From the human T2T-CHM13v2.0 reference genome, Homo sapiens: 64,000 nt of DNA. The notes beneath the pieces were generated by a model, which saw nothing but the letters and a program-made list of their open reading frames with translations, ran no database searches and had not been told where the DNA came from. Location: the NCBI RefSeq assembly GCF_009914755.1, contig NC_060925.1; one strand, given 5' to 3'. Below are positions 22,191-36,409 of the stretch, piece by piece. Position 1 is the first letter of the stretch. Each line of letters starts with the position of its first letter. Made by a program: the position numbers and the translations under genes.

Positions 22191-23036
22191 GCCATTGCAT
22201 CTCTCATAACCCAGACTATTTCAAGCCATTATGAACTACTGGAATTTTCAAACTCACCAACACTGTTTTATGCTTTTGCACCTTAGAAAAGGGACTTTCT
22301 CTGTCTGGAATGGCCTTCCTTCACTTCTCTCTCAATTATCCTTCTCAACTTCCTTATATAGCCTTCTCTGATTTCCCTTTTACTTACCGCATCCCTCATA
22401 GACACACCTACAGAGAATATTTAAATTATTTATTATTTGCCTCTCCCACAAAATTGTATGCTTGATAATAATACTTGATACTTATTGTGTCAAGTACTGT
22501 GTGCCAGCCACTGTTTTATATTAAGCACTTTACTTAGACTATCTAACTTAAACTTCTTAATAACTCATAATTATCCTAGTTTTATTGACAGTAAAATCTA
22601 TAACATATATAAATAAAGAATAAGAATTCAAACCTTAGCTGTTTGGCTGCAATTTGTTACAATCTAAAATCTAAGGACTAGGAGGTGGAGATTTCTGACA
22701 TGCTGAAAATATCAAGGAAGCAATTAAACCTTCCAGCAGTTAGCATAAGTGCACACAGTTTAAAAATTTATAATATATATGCATGGTACTGTAGGTGGGC
22801 TACCCCACACCCCCAGTCATATCAGCTTCTTGCTTATACTTTCTGGAGATATTTCATGCATATACAGCATGCACACACATATATGTACATCTCTTTGTTA
22901 CACAAATAGTAGTATACTTCATATAGCCTTCTGAGCCCATTTTTACTTCCTGTATCTTTGAGATTGTTCCGTGTCAGTCCATACAAAGTGCCTCATTCTT
23001 TTTCACTGCTGCAGAGAATTCCACCATATTCCATAA

Positions 23037-23414
23037 TAATATGGTTTGGACTTGTGTCCCCACCCAAATCTCATGTCAAATTGTAATCCCCAGTGTTGGA
23101 GGTGGGGCCCGGTGGGAGGTGATTGGATCACGGGGCGGTTTCTCATGAATGGTTTAGCACCATCCCCTCGGTGCGAAGTTCCCATGAGATCTGGTCGTTT
23201 AAATTGTATAGCACCTTCCGCCTCTCTTCCTCCTACTCCAGCCATGTGAAGATGCCTGCTCCAGCTCTGCCTTCCACCGTGAGTAAAAGCTCCCTGAGGC
23301 CTCCCCAGCCTTGCTTCCTGTACAGCCTGCAGTACTGTGAGCTAACTAAACCTCTTTCCTTTATAAATTGCCCAGTCTTCAGTATTTATAGCAATGCAAG
23401 AACAGACTATTATA
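23037..23414 (+). mobile_element. MSTA-like MaLR solo LTR inserted in a minus-strand L1M fragment (about 22830-23500)
   Basis: ATATGGTTTGGACTTGTGTCCCCACCCAAATCTCATGTCAAATTGTAATCCCCAGTGTTGGAGG start; TATAGCAATGCAAGAACAGACTA end. Confidence 0.88.
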
Positions 23415-23640
23415 TTTACCATATTCAACCACTCTCCTATATTGTTTGTAGCCTTTTGTTGTAATATAAAATCCTAAAGCAAAATCCTTATACACAAAGA
23501 AATGGATAGAGGATGATTCTACAGTAAATATGGTAAATGTATACGCTATAGCAAATATAGTAAAATGCAACTGTAGAATCTAAACGGTGAGTGCAGGGGT
23601 GCTCTCACTATCATAATTCCTGCAATTGTTCTGCATTTAA

Positions 23641-23961
<321 letters not shown>

Positions 23962-25038
23962 TATACTTGTTCTTAAAGTGAGCATCATGTTTTTCTTTCA
24001 ACTTCTCAATAAATTGCTAATATGAAATATTTTATCAACTTCAAAACAATCCCCAAATTTCAAAAATATAATAATCTTGGAATGTTTGTTACCCTTGGCT
24101 TATATCATAGAAGAACAGAGGAGGCAATTATCAGAAGAGTCACATTTCAACTTCCATCATTTTACCCAAGGGACAGTCAAGTAAAGTAAAACTGCCCTAA
24201 GTGTCTTATTTTCTTGGGTCTCTCAACACTCTTTTAGGCAAACACTTGGTCTTCACCAAGAACAAAGAGTTATAGGTGTCTGTTACCTCTAGGAGAAGCA
24301 AGGGGGAAAAAAAAAAAAAAAAAAAAAAACTAAAACCTTTGGAGAGTCATTGTTTGACATCTTCCTTCTCAGCTTCCTTCTTATATAATTCCCAGGAGTC
24401 CTAGCCAATAAAGAATGGTTTAACTCTTCTTTCTGAAAAAAACAAATGATTATCTTTCTTTAGAAAATGTATTCCTCTTTCCTCTGAAGACTCAGAAGCA
24501 GACCTTTCAGGAGAATTTCTGGATTAGAGTGTGCCATTTCAGCCAAGGGACTTCCTCTACCAGGGTCCAAAGATAACACATTCTAATGAATGCTTGCTGG
24601 ACTGTTTCCTTTTTTTTTCTGACAATTTGAAGGTCTTCAATGAAAGCATGCCAGTATTACCACAGACTTATCTTAGGGCAGTGCTTTGGTAAACCAAATT
24701 CAGAAGCTTTAGAAAAGACTAGAAACTAATAAGTCAGCTATACATCCACTTAGAGTTTGCCAGACAGAGAAAAAGGAAAATAACATTCCAGTCACAAAGA
24801 ATAAATCACAGAGGGCTTTAAGGCTTAATTGCCACGTTTTCCCTCCAAAAGAATCAAAAGTTTATCACACTTGTTTCCTAAATCTCCAAAAATGTGAGTT
24901 ATTGAGAGAAGAGTCATACAATTTTTAGGAATTTCCATTTCTTCCGTTGTCGAACCTTTGAAAAACAATTGCAAGTTGAAGAGAACTCACATGACCCAGA
25001 AACTGTTCTGAGCTCTATCAATGTTCAGGAAGCAGAAT

Positions 25039-25940
25039 TTTTTTTTTTTTTTAACTTTTTAAACTCTTTTTGTAGAGACAGGATTTCCCTATGTTGCCTA
25101 GGCTGGTCTCCAACTCCTGGGCTCAAGTGATCCTCCTGCCTTGGCCTCCCAAAGTGCTAAGATAACAGGTGTGAGCCACCACACGTGGCTGGAAAAAAAT
25201 GTTTTCATCCAGAGAGTAAAACTCAATGAAGTGGCACAGCACGCAGTACATTTCAACTTTCCCCTCTTAAAGATTTCAGCCTACACACTCCAATTTCACA
25301 CTCAATGAAAGCTTAAGCAAAATGTTAGCATAAATCAAAGTTTTAAATCATTTTAGATTGTTAACTAGCAAATGTCCTGCAGAAATTTTAAAACTCACTA
25401 AATAAATTATAAATCTAGTTATGAGAACAAAGCACACTGTGGAATATAAGGATGCAGAATAAACAGCTATTCAGAAAGTGTGTCCAATTTTTGTCCCACC
25501 CCTAAGTCAAGAGGCAAACCATGACCCCGCTGTGGGACTGGGCTGTCAAGCACTCTCCCTCCTCTGCTAACGCTGTTGCCTCTGTTCAGAAGACCTTCCC
25601 TGCCCTCTCTTCACGGGGCAAACCTACACCTCTCCTCCAAGATCCAGCTGAGCCTTTACCTCCTCTGTGGCCCCTGATCAGAATCCCCAAGGCAGAAGTT
25701 TTTGGAGCTTTATTCGTGCCTTTCTTTTGTTGTTGTTCTTTTTTTTTATTTTTTTGAGATGGAGTCTCGCTCTGTCACTCAGGCTGGAGTGCAGTGGTGT
25801 GAACTTGGCTCACTGCAACCTCTGCCTCCCTGGTTCAAGTGATTCTCCTGGGCTGGTCTCAAACTCCTGACCTCAAACAATCCTCCTGCCTCAGCCTCCC
25901 AAAGTGCTGGGATTACAGGCATGAGCCACCACACCCAGCC
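25039..25940 (-). mobile_element. FLAM-like monomer (25039-25190) and internally deleted AluS (25722-25940)
   Basis: Reverse Alu motifs; junction GATTCTCCTG|GGCTGGTCTC skips about 100 nt. Confidence 0.88.
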
Positions 25941-26479
25941 TATTCACGCCTTTCTGACACCTACCACTCACTATAACACACTTAACAAGCCTCTTCCCAT
26001 TCCCCACCCCTCAAGGCAGAGCCTGCAGCCCTGGTCATCCTCTATCCCTGACACCCACCACATTGCCCAGCAGACAACAGCACAGTCAGTAGTCCCATTT
26101 ACTAAGGACTTACGTGCCAGACACTATGCTCAGTGCTTTATATAATATCAACTCATTTCACCTTCACAAAAACCATATGAATAATATAATAATAAACTAT
26201 AGTATCCCTCCAATCAGTCTTCCCCAGCCTCCTTAGGAGGTTCCTTTTCATGTGAACAGGCTGTAACCTACAGGACTCTATCCTGACCATACTGTCATCT
26301 TGTTCCTCACACTCTTCCTGGGCAATCTCCAATCCAGGTCTTTGGAGCTCATTCCAAACCCATATAGGACAGGCACTTGGATATCTGAGTGTTCTGCACT
26401 TAAAATTGGTCATGTCCCAAACTCTGTCCATCTCTCTCCCCAAATATGCTCTCTCTTTATGATTCTAACAGAACACTCT

Positions 26480-27130
26480 ATGTCCAGTCATAGCCTAAGT
26501 CCAATCAGGAGAAAGAAACTACATGGTAATTTGAACAAGGGAAGATAAAAAATCATTAACTATAACAAAAGATTAATGAGAAGTTGGCAAATAAGACCTT
26601 GAAAGAACACAGCAATAGCTGACATAAAATATAGTAGCAAATATAATATTATGTAACACAACATATAATTGCCACCACCCTTAAGGCTGAGACAGAGCAC
26701 CCAAGAAAGAGTTCCCCCAACTCTAGGGCTGAGATCCAGACCTTGCTGGAGGGGGCTCATACCTGACAGAACTTCAGGCAATCCACTCTGTGAAATTTGC
26801 CAGAAATCAGTCCTCTAGAATGCCAAGGAAAGTTGTTTGTGGGAGAGTGTCTCAGTGGACGTACTCTGCTACCTGGGCAGCAGGAGAGCTGCTGGTCACT
26901 AAGAGCTGCAAATGCCTGAGCACTGAAGAAACACCATGTGCCACACTGGCCTCTCTTGGAACCAGCAAGTAAATCTCTTTCCTCCTCAATGTCTCTCCAG
27001 CACCCTCTACTGACAAAACTAAACATCGTGCCAGCTGGCGGAGGAAAAGCAAAAGGCCCAGATTCATTTTCACAGAGCAAGCAATGAAGGACATACTTCG
27101 AGGTGAGAAGCAATAAATCAATAACTGACA
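26480..27130 (-). mobile_element. Ancient LTR (LTR78/LTR79-like, uncertain) interrupting a + strand L2 (about 26190-27590)
   Basis: Minus strand starts TGTCAGTTATTGATTTATTGCTTCTC; the other end reads AGTCCAATCAGGAGAAAGAAAC on +; flanks are pyrimidine-rich L2-like sequence. Confidence 0.5.
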
Positions 27131-27598
27131 CAAGCACACAATCATCTATCAGTTGTCTAAGCCCAAAACCTAGAGGCATCCTTGATTTTTCCTCCAGTCA
27201 TCAAGTCCCACAGGTCCTACCTTCTAAGTATTTATTGAATCCATCTACTTCACTCCATCCACTTCACTCCATTATGATTGTTAATAATACTGATATATTA
27301 ATTAATTATATTATATAATAAATAATATATTATTGTTAATAATAGTGTTAATCCCCCCGTCCAGTTTTACTTGCTTGCTTTTTTTATTCTGTTTTGCCTC
27401 TGGGCCACTGCACATGGGTTTCCTCTGCCCAGAACAGCCTTCCTTCTTTCCCCTATTGCCATATCCACTTTTTGGTTAGCTGATTCTTCATCATTCTTCA
27501 GCTCTCAACTCTCTTGCTCCAAGTTACTTGCCCCTGCTAAGTACACCCAAAAGAATCCTCTTCTTCCCCACTAAGAACACTTACCACACATTATTGTA

Positions 27599-28678
27599 CA
27601 ATCACATGTTGCTTAACAATGGATATATGTTCATCCTTGTGTGAACATGATAGAGTGTAGTTACACAAGCCTAGATGATACCCTATAGCCTACTGCTCCT
27701 AGACTACAAAACTGTATAGCATGTTACAGCACTGAATACTGTAAACAACTGTAACACAATGGTACATCTGTCTAGGGCACTTACCCCATGAATGGAGCTC
27801 ACTGGAAGTTGCTCTGGGTGAGTCAGTGAGTCAGTGGTGAGTAAATGTGAAGGCCTAGGACATTACTATACACCACTGTGAACTTTATAAACACTGTGTG
27901 CTTAGGTTACACTAAATTCCTCTTTTAAATATTATTTTTTCTTCAATAACAAATCAGCCTTAGTTTACTGTAACTTTTTTACTTTATAAACCATTTTTAA
28001 AACTTTTTGACTCTTAACAACTCAGCTTAAAACACAACACGAATACATTGTGCAGCTCTACAAAGATATTTTATTTGTATAATCTTATTTTATAAGCTTT
28101 ATTCTATTTTTAAATTTTTTAACTTTTTTAATGTTTTTGTTGAAAACTAACACACACACATTAGCCTAGGCATACACAGGGTGAGGATCATCACTGCTGC
28201 TCTTGCACCGCCACATGTTGGACCAATGGAAGGTCTCCAGGGTCAATAACATACATGGAGCTGTCATCTCCTACAATAACAATGCCTTCTTCTGGAATAC
28301 CTCTTCCAGAATAGCTGGAGGCTATTTTACAGTGAATTATTTTATATGTAAGTAGAGGACGTACACTCTAAAATAATGATAAAAAGTACACTATAGTAAA
28401 TACATAAACCAGTAAAACAATCATTTATAATCACTATCAAGTATTACGTACTGTCCACGATTGAATGTGCTATATTTCATATAACCGGCAGCATATTAGG
28501 TCTGCTTACACCAGCATCACCACACACATGAGTAATATACTGGGCTACAACCTTATACCACATACAATGTAACTAAGCAACAGGAAATTTTCGCCTCCAT
28601 TATAATCTCATGGAACCACTGTCATATATTTGGTGTGGTCCACCATTGCCCAGAATTTCTTTACACAGCACATGACCA
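27599..28678 (+). mobile_element. Tigger3(b)/Golem non-autonomous DNA transposon
   Basis: TA|CAATCACATGTTGCTTAAC...GAACATGATAGAGTGTAGTTACACAAGCCTAGATG start; CTCCATTATAATCTCATGGAACCACTGTCATATAT...CACATGACCA|TA end. Confidence 0.85.
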
Positions 28679-28834
28679 TAATTCCTTATTAACTAACTCT
28701 CATCATTCATACTTTTACCTCTATGAAGGCAAGAAAAATTTCTTCATCACTGAATCCCAAAGAGTTAGCAAGATGTCTAGAACAAAGCAGACACTCAGTA
28801 TCAGCTCAGTTAATGGATGTTGAATGAAGGGGGG

Positions 28835-29227
28835 TGACATGGTTAGGCATTGTGTCCCCACCCAAATCTCATCTTGAATTGTAAACCCCATAATCCTCAT
28901 AATCCCCACATGTCAAGAGAGAGACCAGGTGGAGGTAACTGAATCGTGGAGCCGGTTTCTCCCATGCTGTTCTCGTGATGGTCAGTGAGTTCTCATAAGA
29001 TCCGATCTGATGGTTTTATAAGAAGCTCTTCCCCACTTCGCTCAGCACTCACTCTGTCCTGCCACCCTGTGAAGAAGATGCCTTGCTTTCCCTTCACCTT
29101 CCACCATGATTGTAAGTTTCCTGGGGCCTCCCCAGCATTGTGGAACTGTGAGTCAATTAAACCTATTTCCTTTATAAATTACCCAGTCTTAGACAGTTCT
29201 TTATAGCAGCAAGAACAGACTAATATA
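28835..29227 (+). mobile_element. THE1D-like MaLR solo LTR
   Basis: TGACATGGTTAGGC...CCCACCCAAATCTCATCTTGAATTG start; GAGTCAATTAAACC and AGACTAATATA end. Confidence 0.9.
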
Positions 29228-29989
29228 AGGGGAAGCATTTTATGAAGCAAATAACAACTTAAAAGGAGAAAATTTTGGCTTTGAGATTATATCTGATATG
29301 TTGATCAGTGTACATGCAATAAAATTATTACACATATATAACTCTAAGGATAAGGAGACAATGCCTTTGTCTCATGCCTAACAATTAAGATACAGTAAAA
29401 TATAAAGTCTATTCCTCAAAAGAAAAAGAACTAATTCAACCAGCTGGCAATATGAATTTATATGATTTCAGTATATTGTATGCAGATGAGGAAAAAGACT
29501 GTTAGTTTTCAAGGTGAACAGTGCCATCCCAGTGTAGTATGTATATATCAAAGGATTCTGTTTATTTACACCCAATAATGAAAATCAAATATTACAACAT
29601 GACATTCCATTGCACACCATGCTTCTATGGTAGAAAATCAATACATCCTATTTGTTTTCAGTAACTTGTTTACCCAACCACAGTTCTAGAGTCATTATGC
29701 AATGCAAACAGTCTTCTAAAGCACTCTGACCCATATGAAATAAAAACTAGGTCCTCTCTGACACTCCCAAAGGGAATATCTCTCTGGCTAACTCCAGGAA
29801 TTTGCTCAGGGATATATGGAGCAAAGATTGTAGAGCTGAATCGGTATATAAAGTTACTCTGACACTCTGGGAGGAAATTTAGCCAAATCCGTAATAGTGA
29901 GTAGCAATCTCATCCACTCAATGGCCAAGGGAAATATATTCAGGACTAGAACTCACACAAGCCAAAGCACTAAAATACACAAAGTACAA

Positions 29990-31011
29990 CCACCAGCAGT
30001 GCTGGCTCACACCTGCGATCCCAGCGCTTTGGGAGGCCGAGGCAGGCAGATCACTCAAGCCCAGGAGTTCAAGACCAGCCTAGGCAACATGGCAAAACCC
30101 TGTCTCTACAAAACTTACAAAAATTAGCCAGGCATGAAGGCTAAAATTAGCCAGGCATGATGGTTAAAAATTAGCCAGGCGTGATGGGGTATCCCTGTAG
30201 TCCCAGCTACTCAAGAGGCTGAGGTGGGAGGATCACCTGAACCTGGGAGGTTGAGGCTACACTGAGCTGTGATCATGCCACTACATTCCAGCCTGGGTGA
30301 CAGAGTGAGATCCTGTCTCAAAAAAAAAAAAAAAAAAAGTATAATCTTGAAGATTTAAGCTTTTTTGTTGTTATTGCTTATTTATATCATTCTCACAGTC
30401 TAAAGGGGGGAAAAACTTAGGATACAAACAGACGTTATTTCAGCAACTCAATCATTGTTTAATCCTCGAGACATATTGTGGACAACTGTATTATAGAATT
30501 TAAAAGTGTGTGAGTTTATTACACACTTGTTTAAAAAAAGACATAATAAGTATGCAGTCTATTCGAGCTGGGCACAGTGGCTCACACCTATAATCCCAGC
30601 ACTTTGGGAGGCTAACATGGGAAGACTGCTTGAGGCCAGGAGTTTGAGACCAACCTGGGCAACAAGGCAAGACCCCATCTCTACAAAAAAATTTTAAAAA
30701 TTAGCCAGGTACAGGGGCGCGTGCCTGTAGTCCTATCTTCTTTTTTTTGAGACAAAGTCTCACTCTGTCATCCAGGCTGGAATGCAGTAGTAGAATTTGG
30801 GCTTACTGAAACCACTGCCTCCCAGGCTCAAGCAATCCTCCCACCTCAGCCTCCCGAGTAGCTGGGACTACAGGCTAATTTTTTTTTTTTTTTTTTTTAG
30901 TAGAGACGGGGTTTCACCATGTTGGCCAGGCTGGTCCCAAACTCCTGGCCCCAAGGAATCCTCGGCCTCCCAAAGTGCTGGGATTACAGGCGTGAACCAC
31001 CGCACCCAGCC
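29990..31011. mobile_element. AluJ (29990-30338, +), truncated AluJ (30566-30738, +), Alu (30741-31011, -)
   Basis: Alu motifs on both strands. Confidence 0.9.
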
Positions 31012-31139
31012 ACACTTGGCCATTTTTAAACTATTTTTATTCCAACTGATATATATTTCATCTTCTATAACATGTCTCAGTATAGACATGCATAGTCTGA
31101 TCAAGAAAATCTTGTCAATAAAATGAAACTTAACAAGGG

Positions 31140-31502
31140 CCTTGGGGATATTCTCTCTACCAAGACTGATCTTTCCTTTACTTCTACAGGGCTCAGTCCC
31201 TCACTTATTTGCTAAAATGTCACCTTTCCCCAGTTATTCTTTAGGCCCACCATGACCACTTACTCCCTCAGCCAAATCTCAGCTTGCCATTTCCCCTGTG
31301 CCTGCTTGACTTTTCTCCAGAGCACTTTTCACCATCAAATCTTTACTTATTTGTATATTACTGTCTGTTTTCTCCCACTAGAATATTTTCTCCATGAATT
31401 AAGGAATATTTGGGTTTGTTTCACCTGCTGCTGCTTCCTCAGCACTTAGAACTGTGTGTTGAAGCACAGTAGGTGCTCAATAAATAGTGGTTGAATGAAA
31501 GA
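31140..31502 (+). mobile_element. L2 3' end
   Basis: GCACAGTAGGTGCTCAATAAATAGTGGTTGAATGAA. Confidence 0.8.
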
Positions 31503-32508
31503 AAATAGACAGTCCCAGAAATTAATCTTAATACTGATGCTGTGAAATGAAAAGCTCTCAAAGTGGGAGTGGACATACTTTTAAGAGATGATTCCCTTTC
31601 ATTTAACTTAAAGCCCAAAGGACTTTTCAAAATGAAATTGTTATTCCAACTACACCCAAAAATCATTAAGGCTGCCCCTGGGTGCTCACGTACGTTTTAA
31701 CAAAAAGCAAGGAATTCTATGTCCTGCTAAAGCAATGGAAAACCCTGATGTAGAAAATGTAAACTGCTTAAGTTCCATATGTGGGTAGTAACGATTTACA
31801 CCACACCACTTATAACATTATGAGGGTCACACTAACCACAGGGAGAATTCCGTTTCACCTTTGTTTTTCCACATACATGCCCTCTAATAATACAACTCTT
31901 CACAAACACTGTATTAGCTGCATTCTTAAACACGCCTACTATCTAAAACATACACAGCAATGTAACTGATGGGTACATTCTCAATCAGGTAATTTTGATA
32001 GAAAAAGTATACCAACCAGTGTGCCATTTGGCCATTAAAACAATAGGAAAGACAGAACTGATCTAAATAGCTCATAATATGGTCTAAAAGAGATGACCTT
32101 CAAACTTTAGCGATAAAATAAGAAAACACAGAAATAGAGGTGTTAATCAGTTAACAGAAGTCAGTAAGCTAAAACGTACAAAGTTCTACACTGCATTTTG
32201 TGGTAAGAGACAAATAAAATATATGTTCCCCATACAAAAAGACTTCTTAAATCTATTAAGATGGAATAAATAGTATGTACAGGATAATGGAGACAAATGC
32301 CCATAGTCTAAAATGGAAAACTTCAAAATCACCTAGACCCAAGAAAACAAAAATCACATATTAGGACAATTTGATTTTCCCATGACATACGTGGCGCTGT
32401 AGATGCAGTTTATCCTACCTCCAGTCAAGTGGGTCCATGAATAGAAACTCTCAGGTATAAACCACTCCTCTACCACTTCACCCCAGGGCATTCTAGTGAC
32501 TTCCATGG

Positions 32509-32868
32509 TGATTTGGTTTGGCTGTATCCTCACCCAAATCTCATCTTGAATTGTAATCCTCATAATCCCCACGTGTCTAGGGAGAGGCCTGGCAGGAGGT
32601 GATTGGATCACAGGGCAGTTTCCCCCATGATGTTCTAGAGATGGTGAGTGCTCAGGAGATCTGAGGGATTTATAAGGGGCTCTTCCTCCTTTGCTCCTCA
32701 CTCGCTCGTGCCACCTTGTGAAGGTGCCTGCTTTGCCTTTTGCCATGATTGTAAGTTTCCTGAGGCCTCTCCAGCTACATAGAATTGGGAGTCAATTAAA
32801 CCTCTTTTCTTTATAAATTAAACAGGCTCAGGTATTTCTTTATAGCAGTGCAAAGACAGACTAATACA
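32509..32868 (+). mobile_element. THE1D-like MaLR solo LTR
   Basis: TG...CA termini with a perfect 5-bp TSD CATGG (32504-32508, 32869-32873). Confidence 0.92.
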
Positions 32869-33238
32869 CATGGTTACGTTTCTCTCAACTACTGACACTT
32901 GGCATGTCCAGCTATTATAATTTCATTTCTATCTCCCAAATGTTTTCCATCTGTCCCATTCCATTCCAGACCACCGTTGGCCTAGGTTCAGCTGTCATGA
33001 TCGCCTGGCTAAACTGCAAAAGGAGGTGCGATGACATTATACTCCTGCTTAAAACTTCTACAGGATTCCACGGTTCACTGAATGAAGTCTAAACTCCTTA
33101 ATACTCTAATATACGGATTGGACCTCTGTCCTCAGCCCCTTCTCTTCCAGGCTTGAACCTCCATGTCTTGGCATACATACTTTTCCACCCCCTAACATAT
33201 ATTCCCTTTCTTTTCTGTTTTAAAACATCTTTCTTACT

Positions 33239-33560
<322 letters not shown>

Positions 33561-33927
33561 TTAAATGTAACCTCTGTGAAAATTTCTTTGATCCTCACAA
33601 TCAGAATTATTTGTTGCCTTCAGGGTATTGCCAAAGTACTCTGTTTATATCTCTGTTCAAAGAGATTGTATCTATGTTAACGTAAATCATAGTCTGATGA
33701 TAGCTTTTGTCTGTTTAACAAAGCACCCTCCTTACTGACTTTACTCTAGGGAACTACCACTTCATATGGGGACCTAATAACATGTAGTTTGGGTGGATCC
33801 AGGGTTGCTCACCATACTAAATCCTCCTGGCCACCATGACTTGTTCAAGAATGGACCCATGTCTCAGTAAGAACCACTGAGAACCCTCCCCATAACTTCT
33901 GCTAGAACCACCAGAAGAAGAAAAAAA

Positions 33928-34108
33928 ATACAAAGCCTATTTTATAATAAATTTGAATATCTCATGTAACTTATTGAATACAGAAAGTGAAAAACAAAAT
34001 GGTTATATGGTACTCAAAGTATGGTTTCTATTGACTGTGTATCATTTTTGCACCATCATAAACTTACAAAATTCTAAGTCAAAGAATCATAAGTCAGAGA
34101 CTATACTG
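33928..34108 (+). mobile_element. MER47/Tigger5 3' half
   Basis: ACAAAGCCTATTTTATAATAAA...GTACTCAAAGTATGGTTTCTA...CATAAGTCAGAGACTATACTG. Confidence 0.8.
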
Positions 34109-34169
34109 ACATACGAGTCATGATCGTGGTCTGACTTACATTACAATTAATTGTACTCAGGGCCAAAGA

Positions 34170-34900
34170 AACAGTTATAAGAGGACACCTGGCAGATAAG
34201 AGAAACAGCAAGAAGGCCTGTGTGGCTGGGGCAAGCAAGTGTGGGAGCGTGTATGGGGGGGAAGTGAGAGAGAAGGAGGGCAGGCAGGGGAGGGAGGGGA
34301 GAGAGAAGAGAGATGGGGGAACAAAAAAGAGAGAGAGAGAGAGAGAGAGAAAGGGAGAGGGAGAGAGAGACAGAGCCAGACAGACAGACACCCCAAGATG
34401 GCATTGTGAAAGGTCAAGCTATTGCAAAGTCCCAAGCAGAAGAGGGACAGGATCTGACTTAACTTTCTTTTTTGTTTTTTGAGACGGAGTCTCGCTCTGT
34501 CGCCCAGGCTGGAGCGATCTTGGCTCACTGCAAGCTCCGCCTCCCGGGTCCACGCCATTCTCCTGCCTCAGCCTCCCGAGTAGCTGGGACTACAGGGGCC
34601 CACCACCACACCCAGCTAATTTTTTGTATTTTTAGTAGAGACAGGGTTTCACCATGTTAACCTGGATGGTCTCGATCTCCTGACCTCGTGATCTGACCAC
34701 CTCGGCCTCCCAAAGTGCTGGGATTACAGGCATGAGCCACCGCGCCCAGCCCTGACTTAACTTTTAAAAGGATCCTTAGGCTTGCTGTGTTGTGAAAACA
34801 AATGGCATGGGGGTGGGCATGGAAGTGGGAGGTGGGCAGGGAGAACAAGACCTGTTAAGAACCTGCTAGGGTAACCAGGCCAGAGGTGATGAAGGCTCAA
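34170..34900 (-). mobile_element. L2 fragment with a GA-rich repeat (34255-34390) and AluY (34463-34750)
   Basis: AGAAACAGCAAGAAGGCCTGTGTGGCTGGGGC reverse L2 motif; Alu TSD CTGACTTAACTTT. Confidence 0.8.
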
Positions 34901-35236
34901 AGAAAGTTTTGTCCAATTTTTTTTTTTAAACACCCTAATTTTTTTTGCTACCAATTACAACTTTGGAAAGACAGATAAATCAACACATGATATTCATACT
35001 TGATTTACTGAGTATCTACTATATTTAAGACACTCTAAATATTACCTTATCTAGTTACAGAACTATCTTCCTAAACTCAAAGCCCATATGCAAACGGTGA
35101 ACTGGAATTCTCTAACTAAATATCCCATACACATTTTACCCCCAAAACCTAATCCTCCTTTACTCTCTAATCTCATTATCTCATTAATATTATTTCCTAG
35201 CCTAGTTGTTACTAAAGATAATAAGAGAGTAGGTAT

Positions 35237-35529
<293 letters not shown>

Positions 35530-36409
35530 TAACTTTCTATATTACTTAAGTAGTTGTATACAACTACACATAATTTTGTCTAAAGTTCAAGACAATTCTG
35601 GGAGAGAAACACCCTTATTTACCTCTACCATTTTACAGATAACGAAACTAAGCTCAGAAAAATGCAGTAACTTGCCAGAAGTTATTATGCTGGTAAATAG
35701 TGGAGCTGAGACTCAAACGTGGGATTCTAACTCATCCACAATCACTTCAGTCAGAAACGTGGGAATTATCTTAGACTCTTCTCTCAGCCCCACGCCAGAT
35801 GCCCTCTGTCATTCACTCTCACACCATCACTATCTTAGTTCAGAGCTTCCCATCTCTAAACTCAGTTACCACAATAGGCTCACAGGTTACGTTGCTGTAT
35901 CTTGCATAACCCTCCCCTTCCATCCATTCTCCATACTATTATCAGATACTCTCTTCAGTTCCAAACACAAGCTTTGTGCTCCAACGCAAGTATATGGTTA
36001 GGAAACCTACAGATCATGGAAACAGAGCCAAAAGTGTCAAGAGCTTTCTTCATCAGTATGCATGCATTAATTCCAGCACCAGCAACTTACCAAGCAATTT
36101 TTGGCAGCATCCCAACTTCAAGATTCTCATTAATATCGCCAAGTACGAAAAACCTGGTGATTGCTCAATTTCTCCTTTTGTCTTTCTTCCCAGCCCCAAA
36201 GGTGTGGACTTTAAGCATTTCAAGGACCTCATCAGACCTAGTCCCACCTTCCTAAATTACTCTTTTCTTATCCAATCAAAACTGCCATTCCTAGAAGGCC
36301 CAAATAGGTCTTAAGTGTTCATAATGAGGTATCAGAACATACATATTTTAAAAAGAGGAGCTAATTAAATAAGTGGGTCTCTATTCTGGTATTTCATAGG
36401 CATGGGGGA

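Noticed and set aside
24307-24329. Isolated A23 tract as a retroposon remnant
   Set aside because: No TSD or element body visible; treated as a mononucleotide microsatellite
36058-36093. Minus-strand donor TTG|GTAAGT with an RBFOX TGCATG about 25 nt downstream
   Set aside because: No convincing upstream acceptor; isolated motifs are expected by chance in 64 kb
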